A DNA stretch of 64,000 bases, from NCBI GenBank assembly GCA_013239625.1, contig MU053376.1, positions 148,833 to 212,832 of the forward strand, read 5' to 3'. Position numbers and translations under genes: made by a program. The notes beneath the pieces are model-generated. The model did no database searches. It was not told the DNA's origin and was given only the letters and a program-made list of their open reading frames with translations. This DNA is from Lama guanicoe. Its lineage: Eukaryota. Positions 23,880 through 36,060 of the stretch are shown piece by piece. Numbering within the stretch: position 1 is the first letter of the stretch; each line of letters starts with the position of its first letter.

Positions 23880-26800
23880 GGTACCCTCCAATGTCAGTAT
23901 CTGCCTGCTACGTGACCTTGGGCATACCACTTAACCTCTCCATTGCCATTTTCTGGGGCTTTCTTTCTCCCATTTGGGGAGGTGGTCCTTGTTGTCTGCA
24001 TTCTGGGAGGAGTCTGGGACAGGGCTAGGGGCTCACCCAGCCAGGCTTTCACACTGTCTCTCCCTTTTCAGCCACTCTCTTTATCCCCATCCTCACTGGG
24101 CTTGTGACCCCAAGACTGCAGGTCTCTACTGAGCCTTCAAGAGAGGAAGGCTTCTTCCCAGTGGGGTGGCGGGATAGCCTGGCTGTGCTGGATGGAGAGA
24201 AGGGACTTGGGAAATATTTCTTCTCCACATAAAGATTTCCAGCCAGTCCCCTGCTCTCAGTCTAGAATTTGTCCCAGACACCTCCAAGTACAGAGACTTG
24301 ATCCTGGGGGTAAATCAGTTATGCCCTTCGGTAACCCTCTTTTGCTGGCTTTGATGTTGTAGCTTCCTTCATTCTGCCAAGTCCTCCATAGAATTTCCAT
24401 CTTTAACATCTGGTTGTCATTTCTCATCTGCTGTGGTTTCCTCTCCCTTCTCTTTGTCCTTGGGAATTTATTCTTCCCTTGTTCCTGCGCTGTCTTTTAA
24501 GGGGCTTAGAGAGGCATGTTGAAGAGACAGTTGGTCAGATAATAGAGAAAACGTAGGCGAGCAAAACCTGAGAAGGGGATGAAACTGGGGACTCTTTGTT
24601 ATTCCTGGGTCTCCCAACAACCCAAACCAGCCCTGCCTCCAGGCTCCCTCCTGGGCTGAGCACAGAAGCCCACTGGGCTCTGATGTCTTTAAAAGGGAAG
24701 AAGGCACTGAAGGCGAGGAAGGGCGTGCTGGCTCCCCTCGGATGGGATGTGATGTCCTTCACCTCCCTGTGAGCGAGTCTGGACCTAGGGACGCTGCTTC
24801 TAGAGAAAGAAGGAGCCAGACAGGGGCAAAATTCAGACGCCTGGCCCTGGTAGGAGGTTTGAGACGGGGAGGCCTGCTCTGGGGACTGGTGACCTCACCT
24901 CTGTTGTCACTGAAGAAGTCTAGCGAGGGATCACAGTAGAGTTGCACTGGCTGCCAGAGACCTGCTCCCAAGACAGATCGTTCGAGGAAAAGTTTAGCTC
25001 TGCCACACAGCGGGGCCCGAGAGAAAGGAAAGGCTTCGGTGAGGAGGAAGATTGTGGCATTTGGAATCAGAATATGAGAGTCTGACCCTGGGCTCCATAA
25101 CTGGCCAGCTCTGTGACCTTGGCTACACCACTTAACCTCTCCAATAACGCTGCCCACCTCATGCAGCTGCTGTGGGGCTGATATGGGGTAGCCCTGGGCT
25201 TGGTATGCATAGGTACTGAAAAACTGCTTATTAACAGGTTGAGTGACACTGAAGGCAGAAATACCCCTGCATCCTCCCACCCCCACTGCCCACATTTCTT
25301 TGCTTAGGGGCAGGAGACCGGCTCCCTAGTAGTGAAACAGACTTACCAAAAGGGGTGGGGCATGGAAAGAGGCCTCCCACTTCCCCTTCCCCCAGGGAAG
25401 GGTGCCCAGGCCTTCCTGGTCCCTTGCCCCTTGGGGATTGTCCAAAGATCCCATGAAGGAGTGGCTTTGAGAGCCCCTAGGCAGCCCTACCTCCAAGTCT
25501 TTGGGCTCTGGTGCCCCATCTGTCTGAGGCCACCCAGAAAGTCTCAAGAGGTGGAAGGGTGTCCCTGGGGCCCCTCATAGCCTCCGATGTGCCCTGTACC
25601 TTCCCTCCAACCCATTCAGAGTCAGGCTGGGAGCCTCATGAAATCAAAGATGCATTCATCTCATGAGATGCCCATGACTTCACGAGACATGGGGCCAAGA
25701 ACTCCGAAGCCCAGAGTCTCACAGGCACAGTCCTGGGCAAGAAGCACAGGACAGGCGGACCCAGCTCTCCCCCACCACCTGCTGACACAGCTAGAACAGA
25801 GATCCTGGAGGGCACTCGGGGTGCAGTGGGAGCCGATAAGGCCTGAAATGTAGTTAGAGGGGCCACACCACACACAGGCTCACACAGACACATGTATGTT
25901 TCTCACGTTTACCCCCTTACACATACCTGCTCTGGCACAGGCTTGCTTTTTATACCAGAGGAACACATTTCACTCTTCTACTTCTGAAGCAACATGCACA
26001 CACTCTCTCACACACACACCCCGCCCTGCCTCCTATCTGCCTAAACTTAAGGCCATGAGGAAGGGTTACAAGGGATCACAGAGAATTTTGTAAGATTAGG
26101 CTGGCTAAGAGCAGATTTTAGAGACCCACTAGTCTCTTCTTACCCGCAGACTTCATCAGAGAAAGAACTGGTCCAGGGACTCGGAGAAGAACTCACTTAA
26201 CAGGATAGGTATTTAGTTTATGATTCTCTCCCAGTGGTACAGAGACACACCTGAAAGTGTTCAGGGATGAAATACCAACAGCATCACCCTGGCATCCCAT
26301 GCTGGGACACGAGCTCACAGCAGTAAAAATAATTTGAGAGATCCTGGAGGACAGTTTCGGGGTGGGGGATTGGGCAAGTTGTCATAGCAGCCTATCTCAT
26401 TGCCATAGCAACACTGTTCTGCCTCCATTCTATGACGTCCTGGTTTCTGTAATGGGTGGAACACTGGTGTTTCACAGAATGGTGGTGGACTCCACAATCT
26501 TTCTGGGAAAAACATTTCTGTTCTAGATCAAGCAGGGAAGGGGTAACCCAAGGCTGTCAAATAGGGCTGGGTTTTCTTGGGGGCAGAAGCGTAGGTTTCC
26601 TGGAGTTTCCCTAATGACAAACTCTACTCTGTCCTACAGCAATTCAAACTCCCCAGCTATTGCGGGCCGTCAGGAATGTCCCCACAAGGTAGACTAACCT
26701 TTCCTGGTGTCCATCACAGCTGACTGGCATGGTCACCCCGTCATGCCAGAGAGGCATAACAGTGCAACGGGGAAGCCAGAATCTAGTGTCAGGAGCCTGA

Positions 26801-27542
26801 AATCGCTTGCCACTCATTGTTTGCGTGCCTTGAGCAAGCTATTTAAATTTCTGAACCTCGGGTTTCTCACTTGTGAAAATGGGGCTAATACATGCTCAGC
26901 CCCCTCAAATGGTTCTGAGGATGCAGAGAGTGATGCATGTAAACCACTGGACCCATTCAGGGTTTCCTGGGGTCAAGAGAGAGTGGCGGATGCATGGCCC
27001 AGTCCGCTGCTGACACTCTTCCCACGTGGAGTGGGGCTTCAGAGCCTTGTGGCCAAGCACCCCAGCAGAGGTCTGACTGTGGGGCTGGGGTGATATTTAA
27101 GCCTTAGTATGATGGGACAGTGGCTGGCATCCTCTTCCAGATCAACCTGTCCAACTGGCTAAAAACTTTCCTGGGAAAAGGGAAGGTACTTAAGCCATCC
27201 TCCTTCCCCTGGCCTAGAAATTTTTATAGAAATTTGATATTGCTGGAACATCCAAGGAGCATCCAGTTTGGGCTTCTTTTTAGTTATTCTTATTTTTTTC
27301 AGTCCGAGCCGCGGATGCAGTGTGTGTGTGGTGTATTTAAAAGTACTGATCTGCCCCGGAATGGGGGAAAAAATCAACCGGGTCCCTCACCACCTCTAGT
27401 TTGAGAAGTACTGACCTTGGTAACACTAAAGCCGTCTTCAAACCGGCTAAAGAGCCAATGGAGAGACAGAAGGCAAACGATCCCATCGGCGCCGCTGGCA
27501 AAAATTAGGCACAAATCTGGCGGATGTGTGGGCAGCATATCC

Positions 27543-27548
27543 TTTACT
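27543..27548 (-). terminator. KISS1: Candidate KISS1 polyA signal (variant AGTAAA)
   Basis: TTTACT on plus strand about 118 nt after the stop; no nearer AATAAA seen. Confidence 0.55.
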
Positions 27549-27665
27549 GCTTCAGGACAAAAACTCCTGGCCCAGGCCCGGCCCCGCCCCCAGCCCCGCC
27601 CCCAGCCCCGCCAGCACTCTCGGACCACGTCCCGGGTTGGAAGGTCAAGGCCGGCATCTCAGCGC

Positions 27666-27979
27666 TCAGCCCCGCCCAGCGCCTCGGCCGCGGCTCCCGG
27701 GCGGCGCCGCCTGCCTCTTGCCGTAGCGCAGGCCGAAGGAGTTCCAGTTGTAGGCGGACGGGTCCTTCTCCCGCTGCACCAGCACCGCGCCCCGCGGGGC
27801 GGGGATCAGGCGGCTGCCGGGGGCGCACGGGCCCGGCCCCTGGGGCCCCGCGGAGCTCTCGAGAGGCGGGCACAGCGACGCCCCCCGACGGCTCGGCCCG
27901 GCCTCGGCGGGCTTGGTCTCCTCACACCGCCGGCTCTGCTCCCAGGGGGCCCGGAGCGCCGGGGGTCCGAGCCGCGGGC
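27666..27979 (-). CDS. KISS1: Kisspeptin precursor, last exon coding part (314 bp); contains Kp-54 and Kp-10 [10 protein letters not shown] (27723-27752) followed by GKR
   Basis: ctag|[15 protein letters not shown]...[25 protein letters not shown]...RG*; CpG-rich exon; 103+314=417 nt = 138 aa. Confidence 0.97.
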
Positions 27980-28471
27980 CTAGGACAGAGTCACAGGGAG
28001 AGGCTGCCGGGAGGCCGGAGCCCAGGAAAGACGGCTTTGGAACACCTACTCGCATCCCCATCCTCGCCTTCCCTTTTATCCCTCGACCCCGGAGAAGCTC
28101 AGAGCTCGGTTCCGGGCACCATCAGCATCTTAGCATGGGTGGTCAGGCCATTTGCTCCTCCCTCCTTCAACACAAGTTCAATTTCAAATGTTTTCTGGAA
28201 TTATCTTAAATGTCTTTTATATTTAATTACTTTCTTTTAGGAAGCAAATAGGGTAGAGCTTGGAAATAAAGAAAACTAAGCATTTGCTGGACACTCAGCC
28301 TTTCTCCTCTCCTTGGATCGCTGGCTGGCCCTTTGCTCTGGCTTTGCATCGGGCTCCCACTAGACTGTGAGCTCCTTGAGGCGACTGGGGCCCTGTTTAG
28401 TCATCTCAGAGTTCCTCAGAGTCTTGTAAACAGTGCCTCACACATAGCAGGGCCTCAAGAATGCTCGTTAA

Positions 28472-28612
28472 GGGGGAGGCGGGTATAGAGCAGTGGTAGA
28501 GTGCATGCCTAGAATATATAAGGTCCTGGGTTCAATCCCCAGTACCTCCATTTAAAATAAATAAATAAACCTCCCCACCAACAAAAACTAAATAAATACT
28601 GAAAATTTTTTA
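28472..28612 (+). mobile_element. tRNA-derived SINE (Vic-1-like) in KISS1 intron 2
   Basis: gggtatagagcagtggtaga...gtcctgggttcaatccccagtacctcca; TSD aatgctcgttaa / aatgcttgttaa. Confidence 0.87.
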
Positions 28613-30090
28613 AATGCTTGTTAAATACATAAAAACTAATGAAAGGCTTGTAGTTACAGAAATCAAGAAAGTGCAGCTAAGACCATTGTGCCCTGACACC
28701 CCCAACAAGTGTGACCTCTAATAAATAAGCTATATGAAAAATGGGAAATTATCTGGGTCACCTTAACCAGCTCACCGCCCCTACTCTGGGTATAATCTCT
28801 CCCCTTCATCCTGAGGGTTAATGAGGCTAATTTGGAAGGCACTTCACACGCAAGTCTCATTAAGTTCACTGTAATTTTTAGCAGGAAAATAATGCCAACT
28901 AGCTCTAAGTAGACAATGACCCCAGCCAATTGTGGCAAAAGATGAGTGGAAATGAGGTTTGGAGTGTGAGTGGGTGTGTGTTGTGGGAGCAGTTGGCTTT
29001 GAGCCCTGCTCTTCAGTGCCCTGGCACACTTTGAAGAAGAGGAGCTGGGGCATGGTCCAGAGTTAGTGATAATCTTCCTAGCAGGGCCCTCCTGCCTTGC
29101 CTAGGGCCTGGCTGAGGTGGGAGGGACCGCAGCTCCCTTTCCAGCTACAGCCACCATCTCATCAGCAGGATGCGTAGACTTTTGCTTTCAGTCTCACCTA
29201 AAACCTTTTGCCAAAAAGAGCCAAGAGCTCAGTGTGCCCTGGGCAGTGGTGAGGGTCTCTTCTGGGGGAGCCTTCTTCCCCCAGAAAGAACACCCGATCC
29301 CAGCAGAGAAGAGACTCTTGTCAAAGGAGGGCTGTGTTCCCAGGGCTGTGTTCTTTCTGCTTTGGAATAATATCTTCTGGGCACAGTGATGCGGCGTGTG
29401 TAGAGGGAATGCTCCAAGTCCCACAGCTGGAGGGACTGAGGTCCTAAGAGGCTAAGCCCCAGTTCTAGTTTGCCCAGAAAGCTGACCACCCAGCAGTGTT
29501 AAGCCCGGACTCCTTACTTGGGGACGAGCGCTGTCCAGCTCATGCCCCACGGAGGGCACTCTTGGGAAGCCTAGTTCCTGCTGACTTCCTGCAGCATTGG
29601 ATCGAATGACTTTGGGGGACGTTTCTTTACCTCTTTGGGCCTCAGTTTCTCCAGGACATCAGTTCCACAATGAACACATAAGGTTGACAGGTATTAAAGA
29701 TCTGTCCTTTTTGTGTAGATTTTTACCCCCCCAAAAGCCCCATAAAGGAACTAAGGTCACTGATAAAAGAAACTTGCAGAGTAAATTTCCTTCCCAGCAG
29801 ATCTGCACAGAGAGGTGGTTGGCGTAGAGCAGAAAAAAACACGAAGGAGCTTGGTAGTTAACAAGCACCTGAACCTGGGTGAGCCTCCTGACGTCCACAA
29901 CAGCGGCAAGCTGGCCCTTGTTTGCAAGGTTAGTGGGGCCCCTAAATGTGTTGCGTGTGCTAGTCTTAGGTTTCCATTAAATACAGAGTTAAATTCCCAC
30001 TAACAGACTAGCCAGAGCTGAAAAATATGGTAACTCATTTTGCGACAGCTCACTTGCCCCCTCCCCCCCCCCCTCCCAGACAGCACATAC

Positions 30091-30193
30091 CTGTGGTTCT
30101 AGGGTGCTCCATGGGTGCCACCTTTTCAAATGTCTCCCTGAAGGAGATGGCACAAAGGAAAAGCATTAGTTGCCAGGAAACCAGTGAGTTCAT
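30091..30193 (-). CDS. KISS1: Kisspeptin precursor, first coding exon (103 bp), signal peptide
   Basis: ATG at 30193; [34 protein letters not shown] then G|gtatg. Confidence 0.96.
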
Positions 30194-30853
30194 CCTGGTG
30201 AGAAGATGCAGGTCCTGGAACTACCCTGATGTCAAGACAGAAAGACGGAGAAGGGACTAGGTCAGGTGCGACATCGGGGCTGGGTGCTGGGGCAGATCCC
30301 AGTGCAAAGAGGGGAGCCCTGGAAGGGAGGAGACAGCCCTGCCCTGGGAGGCCCCCAGTGGAGGGATGAGTCTGAACAGACACAGCATGGAAATGGGACT
30401 GAGGCCACTTGCACAATAGAGTCCAAGCTGAACTCATACTGTGTAGGGATCATCAGAGAGGGCTTCCTGCAAGAGGTGAGGCCAGTAAGGTTATCAAGGA
30501 AGGAGGGAAGGGAAGACGGAATGGAGGGAGGAAGGATCCATATTGGTGGAAGGGGCAGGACTGCTCAGGTTGGAAAATGGCCAGGATTCTGTATCTCAGG
30601 TTTGCTTGAGAGGAATGCTGGAGAGACGAAGAGATACAGTGTGGCAGTGAGCAGGGAGGGGTGACCTGAAGTAGGGCCAGGAGTTCCACTGAGTGGCAAA
30701 CGCCTAGGTCCGAACGTTGTCTTTGGAGCCTGGGAGCAGGCACTTCTCTCTGTGCTGGGCTCTGCATTAATCCACAACTTTCTGTGTTCCACTCTTCCCA
30801 TTAGAATGTGCCTTCCTGAACCTGGCTCAGTTCCCTCTTGCTTTAATAGGAAC

Positions 30854-31322
30854 CTTTTTGTTTGTTTTGGGGGGGAGGTAATTAGGTTTATTTATTTTTT
30901 ATTATTATTATTTTTAATGGAGGTGCTAAGGACTGAACCCAGGACCTCATGCTAAGCACACCTTTTTTTTTTTACATTTTTTATTGATTCATAATCATTT
31001 TACAGTGTTGTGTCAAATTCCAGTGTTCAGCACAATTTTTCAGTCATTCATGGACATATACACACTCATTGTCACATTTTTTTCTTCTGTGATTTATCAT
31101 AACATTTTGTGTATATTTCCCTGTGCTATACAGTGTAATCTTGTTTATCTATTCTACAATTTTGAAATCCCAGTCTATCCCTTCCCACCCTCTACCCCAC
31201 CCCGTAACCACAAGTCTGTATTCTCTGTCCATGAGTCTATTTCTGTCCTGTATTTATGCTTTGTTTTTGTTTGTTTTTGTTTTTTAAAGCACACCCTTTA
31301 CTACTGAGCTATACCCTCCCCC
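30854..31322 (-). mobile_element. Vic-1-like SINE split by a nested L1 3' fragment
   Basis: SINE halves about 30854-30962 and 31287-31322; outer TSD TAATAGGAAC at 30844-30853 and 31330-31339. Confidence 0.85.
30963..31286 (-). mobile_element. 5'-truncated L1 3'-UTR fragment inserted inside the SINE
   Basis: Poly-T at left; gtaaccacaagtctgtattctctgtccatgagtctatttctgt is an L1 3'-UTR hallmark; TSD AAGCACACC at 30954-30962 and 31287-31295. Confidence 0.8.
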
Positions 31323-33658
31323 ACCTTTGTAATAGGAACTTAATGGTTTTCCTTTTTCAAGAAAAAAGAAAGAGAGAGTCAATCATCTAGCTTGCTCTCA
31401 TAACCCTTCATGGCCTTGAAGACCATCATTAAATGGTCTTATTGCCTATAATTCAGGAAAGAGTAAAACCTTTCCCTGTTGTATCAGGTCAATTGTCTCC
31501 ATGTTCTAGTCTCCGTGAGCCCTGGGAAGATAGCAATTTAATTGATTGCATTATTTTGGCTTTTGAGGTGGGAGCTGTTGTACCTGACCCCCCCTTCACC
31601 CCTTTCCCATTTCATCCCGCACTCCACCGCCACCTGCCTGCCCCCGCAAGCTCTTCCAGCTTCCAAGTCTGATTGCTCTTTGAAAAAGTCATCAGGCACT
31701 TTGAGATTGTCCAACAAACATGATTAAAGACAGACTGATGGGGAGCCAGGCAGCCCTGCAGGCTAAGCAGAAAGTGTGTGGGTGCCAGATCTAAAGGCTG
31801 AAGCCTCTCTGTGGTCGAGGGGCAAGTGTGTGTGCGTGTGCGTGTGCGTGTGTGATGGGAGAGATTATCATTTGTGCCCATTAGCTCCTAATGGTTGCAC
31901 AGACCCATCCACCCCTCTGTCTTGCCCCCACTCCCCATTCGTCTCCCTGCTCTCCCTCCAGGACCCAGGCATAGGGTAGAGTAAGAGTGGGACCCAATCT
32001 GGCCCCAGCTCTGCCTGCCCTTCTGTGAGATGTGAGATGTGAGATCAAAGCAAGTCACCCCCAATCTCTGGGCCTTATTGCTCCACATGTAAAATAAGAT
32101 CATTGGCTCAGACTCGCCACCGACTATTCCCTCAGATGATCACTTATCCTTGCAGACTTGATTCTATGACACCCTGAAATGCAGACCACGGCTTTCTGCA
32201 CTAGCCTTAAGGCCTGGGGTGGGGAGCGGAAGCAGGATCAATCCATTCGAGACAACAGTGTAAAACCATTTCTTTTGTGGCTTCAGACCAGGAGGCACAG
32301 GGTCCAGGTTAGTTCAGACATCATTCCTGATCACAGCATCCACTGCGCAGGGTGCTACCGGTGCTCAGACACAGGGTTGCTTCCCCCAGGCCCTCCCCCG
32401 AGATCTAGCACAAGAAACTGAGTCTTAAGCAGACCATCTCAAAATAACATGGTAAATGGTAAGCTGGAGGCATGTGGGTACATGGTGGGGGCAGTGGGGG
32501 ACAGGTGGGAGCCTGTGGGAGCCTGATCTGGGGGTACACGCAGGTTTTCTGCAAGGGTGGCCCCTGAGCTGAGTTTTTGAGCAGGAGTCAGCAAGATGAA
32601 CAAAGATCTGCCCAAGGCAGTCCCAGCAGGGAAGCTGGAGCTGGGTGTGGAGGGAGGGGAGTGCACCCTCCTGCCTGCCCTGAAAGGTGGAGCTTCGCTG
32701 GAGAGTGAGAGAGCGCTGAGGCTGGGGAAGAGGCCACGCAGGAGGAATGTGTGTAGATTGCATTTCAGACGGAGCATTCAGGCTGCTCTCCAGAAGCAGG
32801 ATGGTGAGTGAGGAAGGGGGGAGTAGGCAGGCTGTGTGGTTAGAGGGTAATGTTCCTTCCTCCAGTGCCTCTCACCCATATTGCATCCTCCCCAACCCAT
32901 TATAGGTAGCATTTACCATGGGTGCCATGTGAGAATTTTGGTTTTCCCCACTACTTGTCCCTAGTACACACATACACACACACACACTCACTCTCTCTCT
33001 CTCCTCCAAGTCTTGATTCACTGCCCAGCACAGGAATGTTTAACACATGCGGCAGAACTGAATTTGGAAGAGAACCACCAGCTTCCAAGGAACCATGAGT
33101 GGCTGCCCTGCTGTGGGCATTTTTGTGGTCCCCCTGCTGCAGGGTTTTGGACCTAGTGAGTAACAAATTCCAGGCTTAGTCAGAAAGCGTTTGCAGTGGG
33201 GCAGCTCCCTTCCTGGGTGACCCCCATCTCTTGGCAGTCAGGGGGCTGGCAGGGCACATAGGGGCTCTTTGGTTAGGTCTGTGTTTCCCATCCACATGTC
33301 GGGGGAGCGGTGCAGGGAAACTGCTCAGAGAAGTCCCGTTGAGCGCGTGAGCCCCAGGAGTTCCCCAGCTCCCTCCAAAAGCTTCTGCAGCCTCTCATCG
33401 CAGCCACAGAGTTCATTTGCTGCTCTTTCTCCTTCCACAGAAAGGAATCCCCAAGGTCCTGATTTCATAAAGTGCAGGTCAGTGTGTTTACCCAGAACCC
33501 CCAGAATAATCTGGCCAACCCAGTGAAAAGAACAGTGCCTCCTCTGCCTGCCTGGGACACTCCTGTCAGTCTTGGAGCTGAACTTCTGCTCCCACCTCTG
33601 GAGCCTCCCCGGGTCCGGCCAGACCCCTCCCCAGGTGTGCACTGCGCAGCGCACCTAC

Positions 33659-33775
33659 CTTGCCTTGGCTCTGTCCTGGCGCAGTGGGAGATCCGCGGGG
33701 TCTCTGAGGCAGTGATGTTAATGCTTGGGAGGGTGAACACCGGGAGGGAGGGGGAGCTGGGCTCCTGCACTCACT
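33659..33775 (-). other. KISS1: KISS1 non-coding exon 1 (5' end approximate)
   Basis: Ends GGCAAG|gtagg like recalled human exon 1; starts about 25-30 nt after the TATA box. Confidence 0.8.
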
Positions 33776-33800
33776 CTTACCAGCCCCCTGATCACATCCC

Positions 33801-33822
33801 TTTTATAGAGCCTGAGTGACGT
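33801..33822 (-). promoter_or_regulatory. KISS1: KISS1 core promoter: TATAAAA (33801-33807) and adjacent CRE half-site TGACGT (33817-33822)
   Basis: ACGTCActcaggctcTATAAAAgggatgtgatcaggg on the minus strand, similar to the recalled human KISS1 promoter. Confidence 0.82.
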
Positions 33823-34911
33823 GGCCAGGGACAGGCCCACCTCTGCCTCCTGCTCCCTCCTCCTCAGACCCCCTCAGAAGGCACAGTGCTCCCCAGGGCT
33901 GTCTCCCGCCTCCTGGTTCTCATGACTGAAATTAGCCTCTTCCTCCCACCCCAGCAGCCTTCCAGGGGCTTTCTTAGACCCACGAGTGCTTTTCATCCCC
34001 CTCACTCCCTATTCCCCAGGCCCACACAGAGACCTGTTCTGCCCCCTAAAACACGGAAATGGACTGAGAGGAGGGGGTGTCAGCGTGTGATGATTCCCCT
34101 CCAGACAAGAGCCATGACACAGCCAGTGTGACGTGAGCAGGACGCGGGGGCGGGAGGGAGAGGACACGGCACAGTCTGCCCAGGGGCTGCTTGATCCCCG
34201 CGTGCTCCCAGCTCTGGCAGCTCAGCCTGGGACTCAGACCAGGGGGCAGCTCCGGGCCTGGAATCTGGGACTGGGTGGGGGACTGTCTCTTTTTCTTCCT
34301 TCCCTCATCCCTTCTTTTCCCAAACAATTAGTGAGCACGTGTTCAGCACAGGGTCTGGAGATGAATATGCCATGGTCAGATGGTGGCCACAGGTATGTGA
34401 GCAGCCGGCCAAGAAAGCAGCAAAAAACGGTAGTTCTAGAAGGTGGACGTACCTGGGGGATGCTCAGGGAACGCGGAGGAGTGACCTCCACTTGCGGTGT
34501 GTCCAGATGCTGTTCCTGGGGTCCCACCGCCACGTCTGGGGTTGGGGTCACATTGTTTTGTAATTGCTGTGAACCTCACTTTGAAGGCAGGGCAGGTTTG
34601 CTTCCCTTTGCACCTCCAACACCTGCTCCTTGCTGGGTACACACAGAGGGGGCCCTCACAGAGATTTACTAAATGTACCCACGGCAGGGGACTCCTGTCT
34701 CTTTCTTGAGCCTGTAAAGAATGCACTTTACCCTTGGACAGAGACTGGGGCCCTCGGAAGGTTGGGGCTATGTCTCTACCCTCAGGGGCTGGGTCTCTAC
34801 CCCAGCGCAGGATATATTTTACCTCTGCCTGGATATATTTTAAATATATCCACCTAATTAATAGTTGAGAAGCACTTCCTGCCACTATGTGGGATTAATA
34901 GCCATCACTTG

Positions 34912-34917
34912 TTTAAT
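34912..34917 (-). terminator. GOLT1A: Candidate GOLT1A polyA signal ATTAAA
   Basis: TTTAAT on plus strand about 480 nt past the stop; a second ATTAAA at 35108-35113; no AATAAA seen. Confidence 0.45.
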
Positions 34918-35394
34918 GCCTACTGCTAACAGGGGCTTGCAAATATATCATCTCACTCATTAGGACTAGTTAACTCCAGGATAAAAATCACAGGCCATGA
35001 GAACAGTCGAATGTGTGTGTGTGGGTTGGCCTGCCCCGAGTCCGGAAATGAACTTACTGGGCTAGAGACACTGACTGTGAGCCTCAGGCACACCCCCAGT
35101 TTGGGGATTTAATCCGTGCTTCTCCTCTGATAAATACAAGACAGGATGTGGTACCCGCCCCAGTGCAGCTTCCATGGGGCCCTGGATCTCTGCTCCCAGC
35201 AGCGCTGACAGCCTCTTGAGTTCACTCGGGAATTTGAGATCAGTCATTCGGCTCCGTCCTTCCTTCTGGACTTGGAGAAGTCCGGGTATGATGGGGAGAT
35301 GAGTCAGTGCAGGGCGGGGGCCTGGGGGTGGCCCCCCTTTCCTTTCCAGCCCCCTCAACCAAAGATCCAAGTTCAAGGAGCTCATCTCTGCTGT

Positions 35395-35433
35395 TCAGAC
35401 CATTGAGCTGGTGCCTTCAAGCCTCCGGAACAG
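35395..35433 (-). CDS. GOLT1A: GOLT1A last coding exon (39 bp including TGA)
   Basis: cag|CTG; LFRRLEGTSSMV*. Confidence 0.95.
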   Translation of the reverse strand: MFRRLEGTSSMV

Positions 35434-36060
35434 CTGTGGGAGCCAAGAATCATTACTCCAGACAAAGCGTGGAGAGCAGACTCAATATCTAGGTTATTAC
35501 GAAGCTGGCCTTCAGAGCCAGGAGCAGCGCGGAGCGTAGACGCAGAGACGGGGCTGCGGGATGTGCCCAGCTGGCGGGCATGTCAAGGTGCTGGCTTAGG
35601 GACCCCCCCCCACTCCTGGCTTCTCAGAGAGCTCGTATTTTGTCAGGTGCTTCAGAGAAAGGGAGGGGACCACTGCCCCATGCCTGCCCCAAGGAGAGGA
35701 CAGTCTGCCATCTGCTTTTCCTGCTGTCACACGTCCTCTCCATGCCTGGCCCAGACTCAGCCAGCTCCCCAGAAACCTAGCACCTTCTGGCTGGGTCACC
35801 TGGAGTCCCCGAGCCTCTGTCTCTTTGGCTCTAATAAAGAGCTAGCATCAGTTCTCTACGTCCATGCCTCAGGTTCAGCTGCTCACCCCTCATCTCATCT
35901 GCTCTTGTCAAATGGAGAACGTACAGGATGGGGAGGATGAGCTGAGGCTGGCCAACCTGGGGCGATGAGGAAGGGTCCACAGCACATCCAGTTTTACCAA
36001 CGCCGTGTGCCCCACCCACCCCAGAGCACCACCACCAAGCCACAGGAATAACCCACTTAC

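Noticed and set aside
26724..26749. CTGGCATG...CATGCCAG inverted repeat
   Set aside because: An isolated 8-bp stem with no supporting context.
27723..27884. Two cysteines in Kp-54 and the C-terminal RY-amide
   Set aside because: As I recall, both are usual in non-primate kisspeptins, so not novel.
27417..28240. Plus-strand 188-aa and 238-aa ORFs over KISS1
   Set aside because: Antisense shadows of a GC-rich coding exon.
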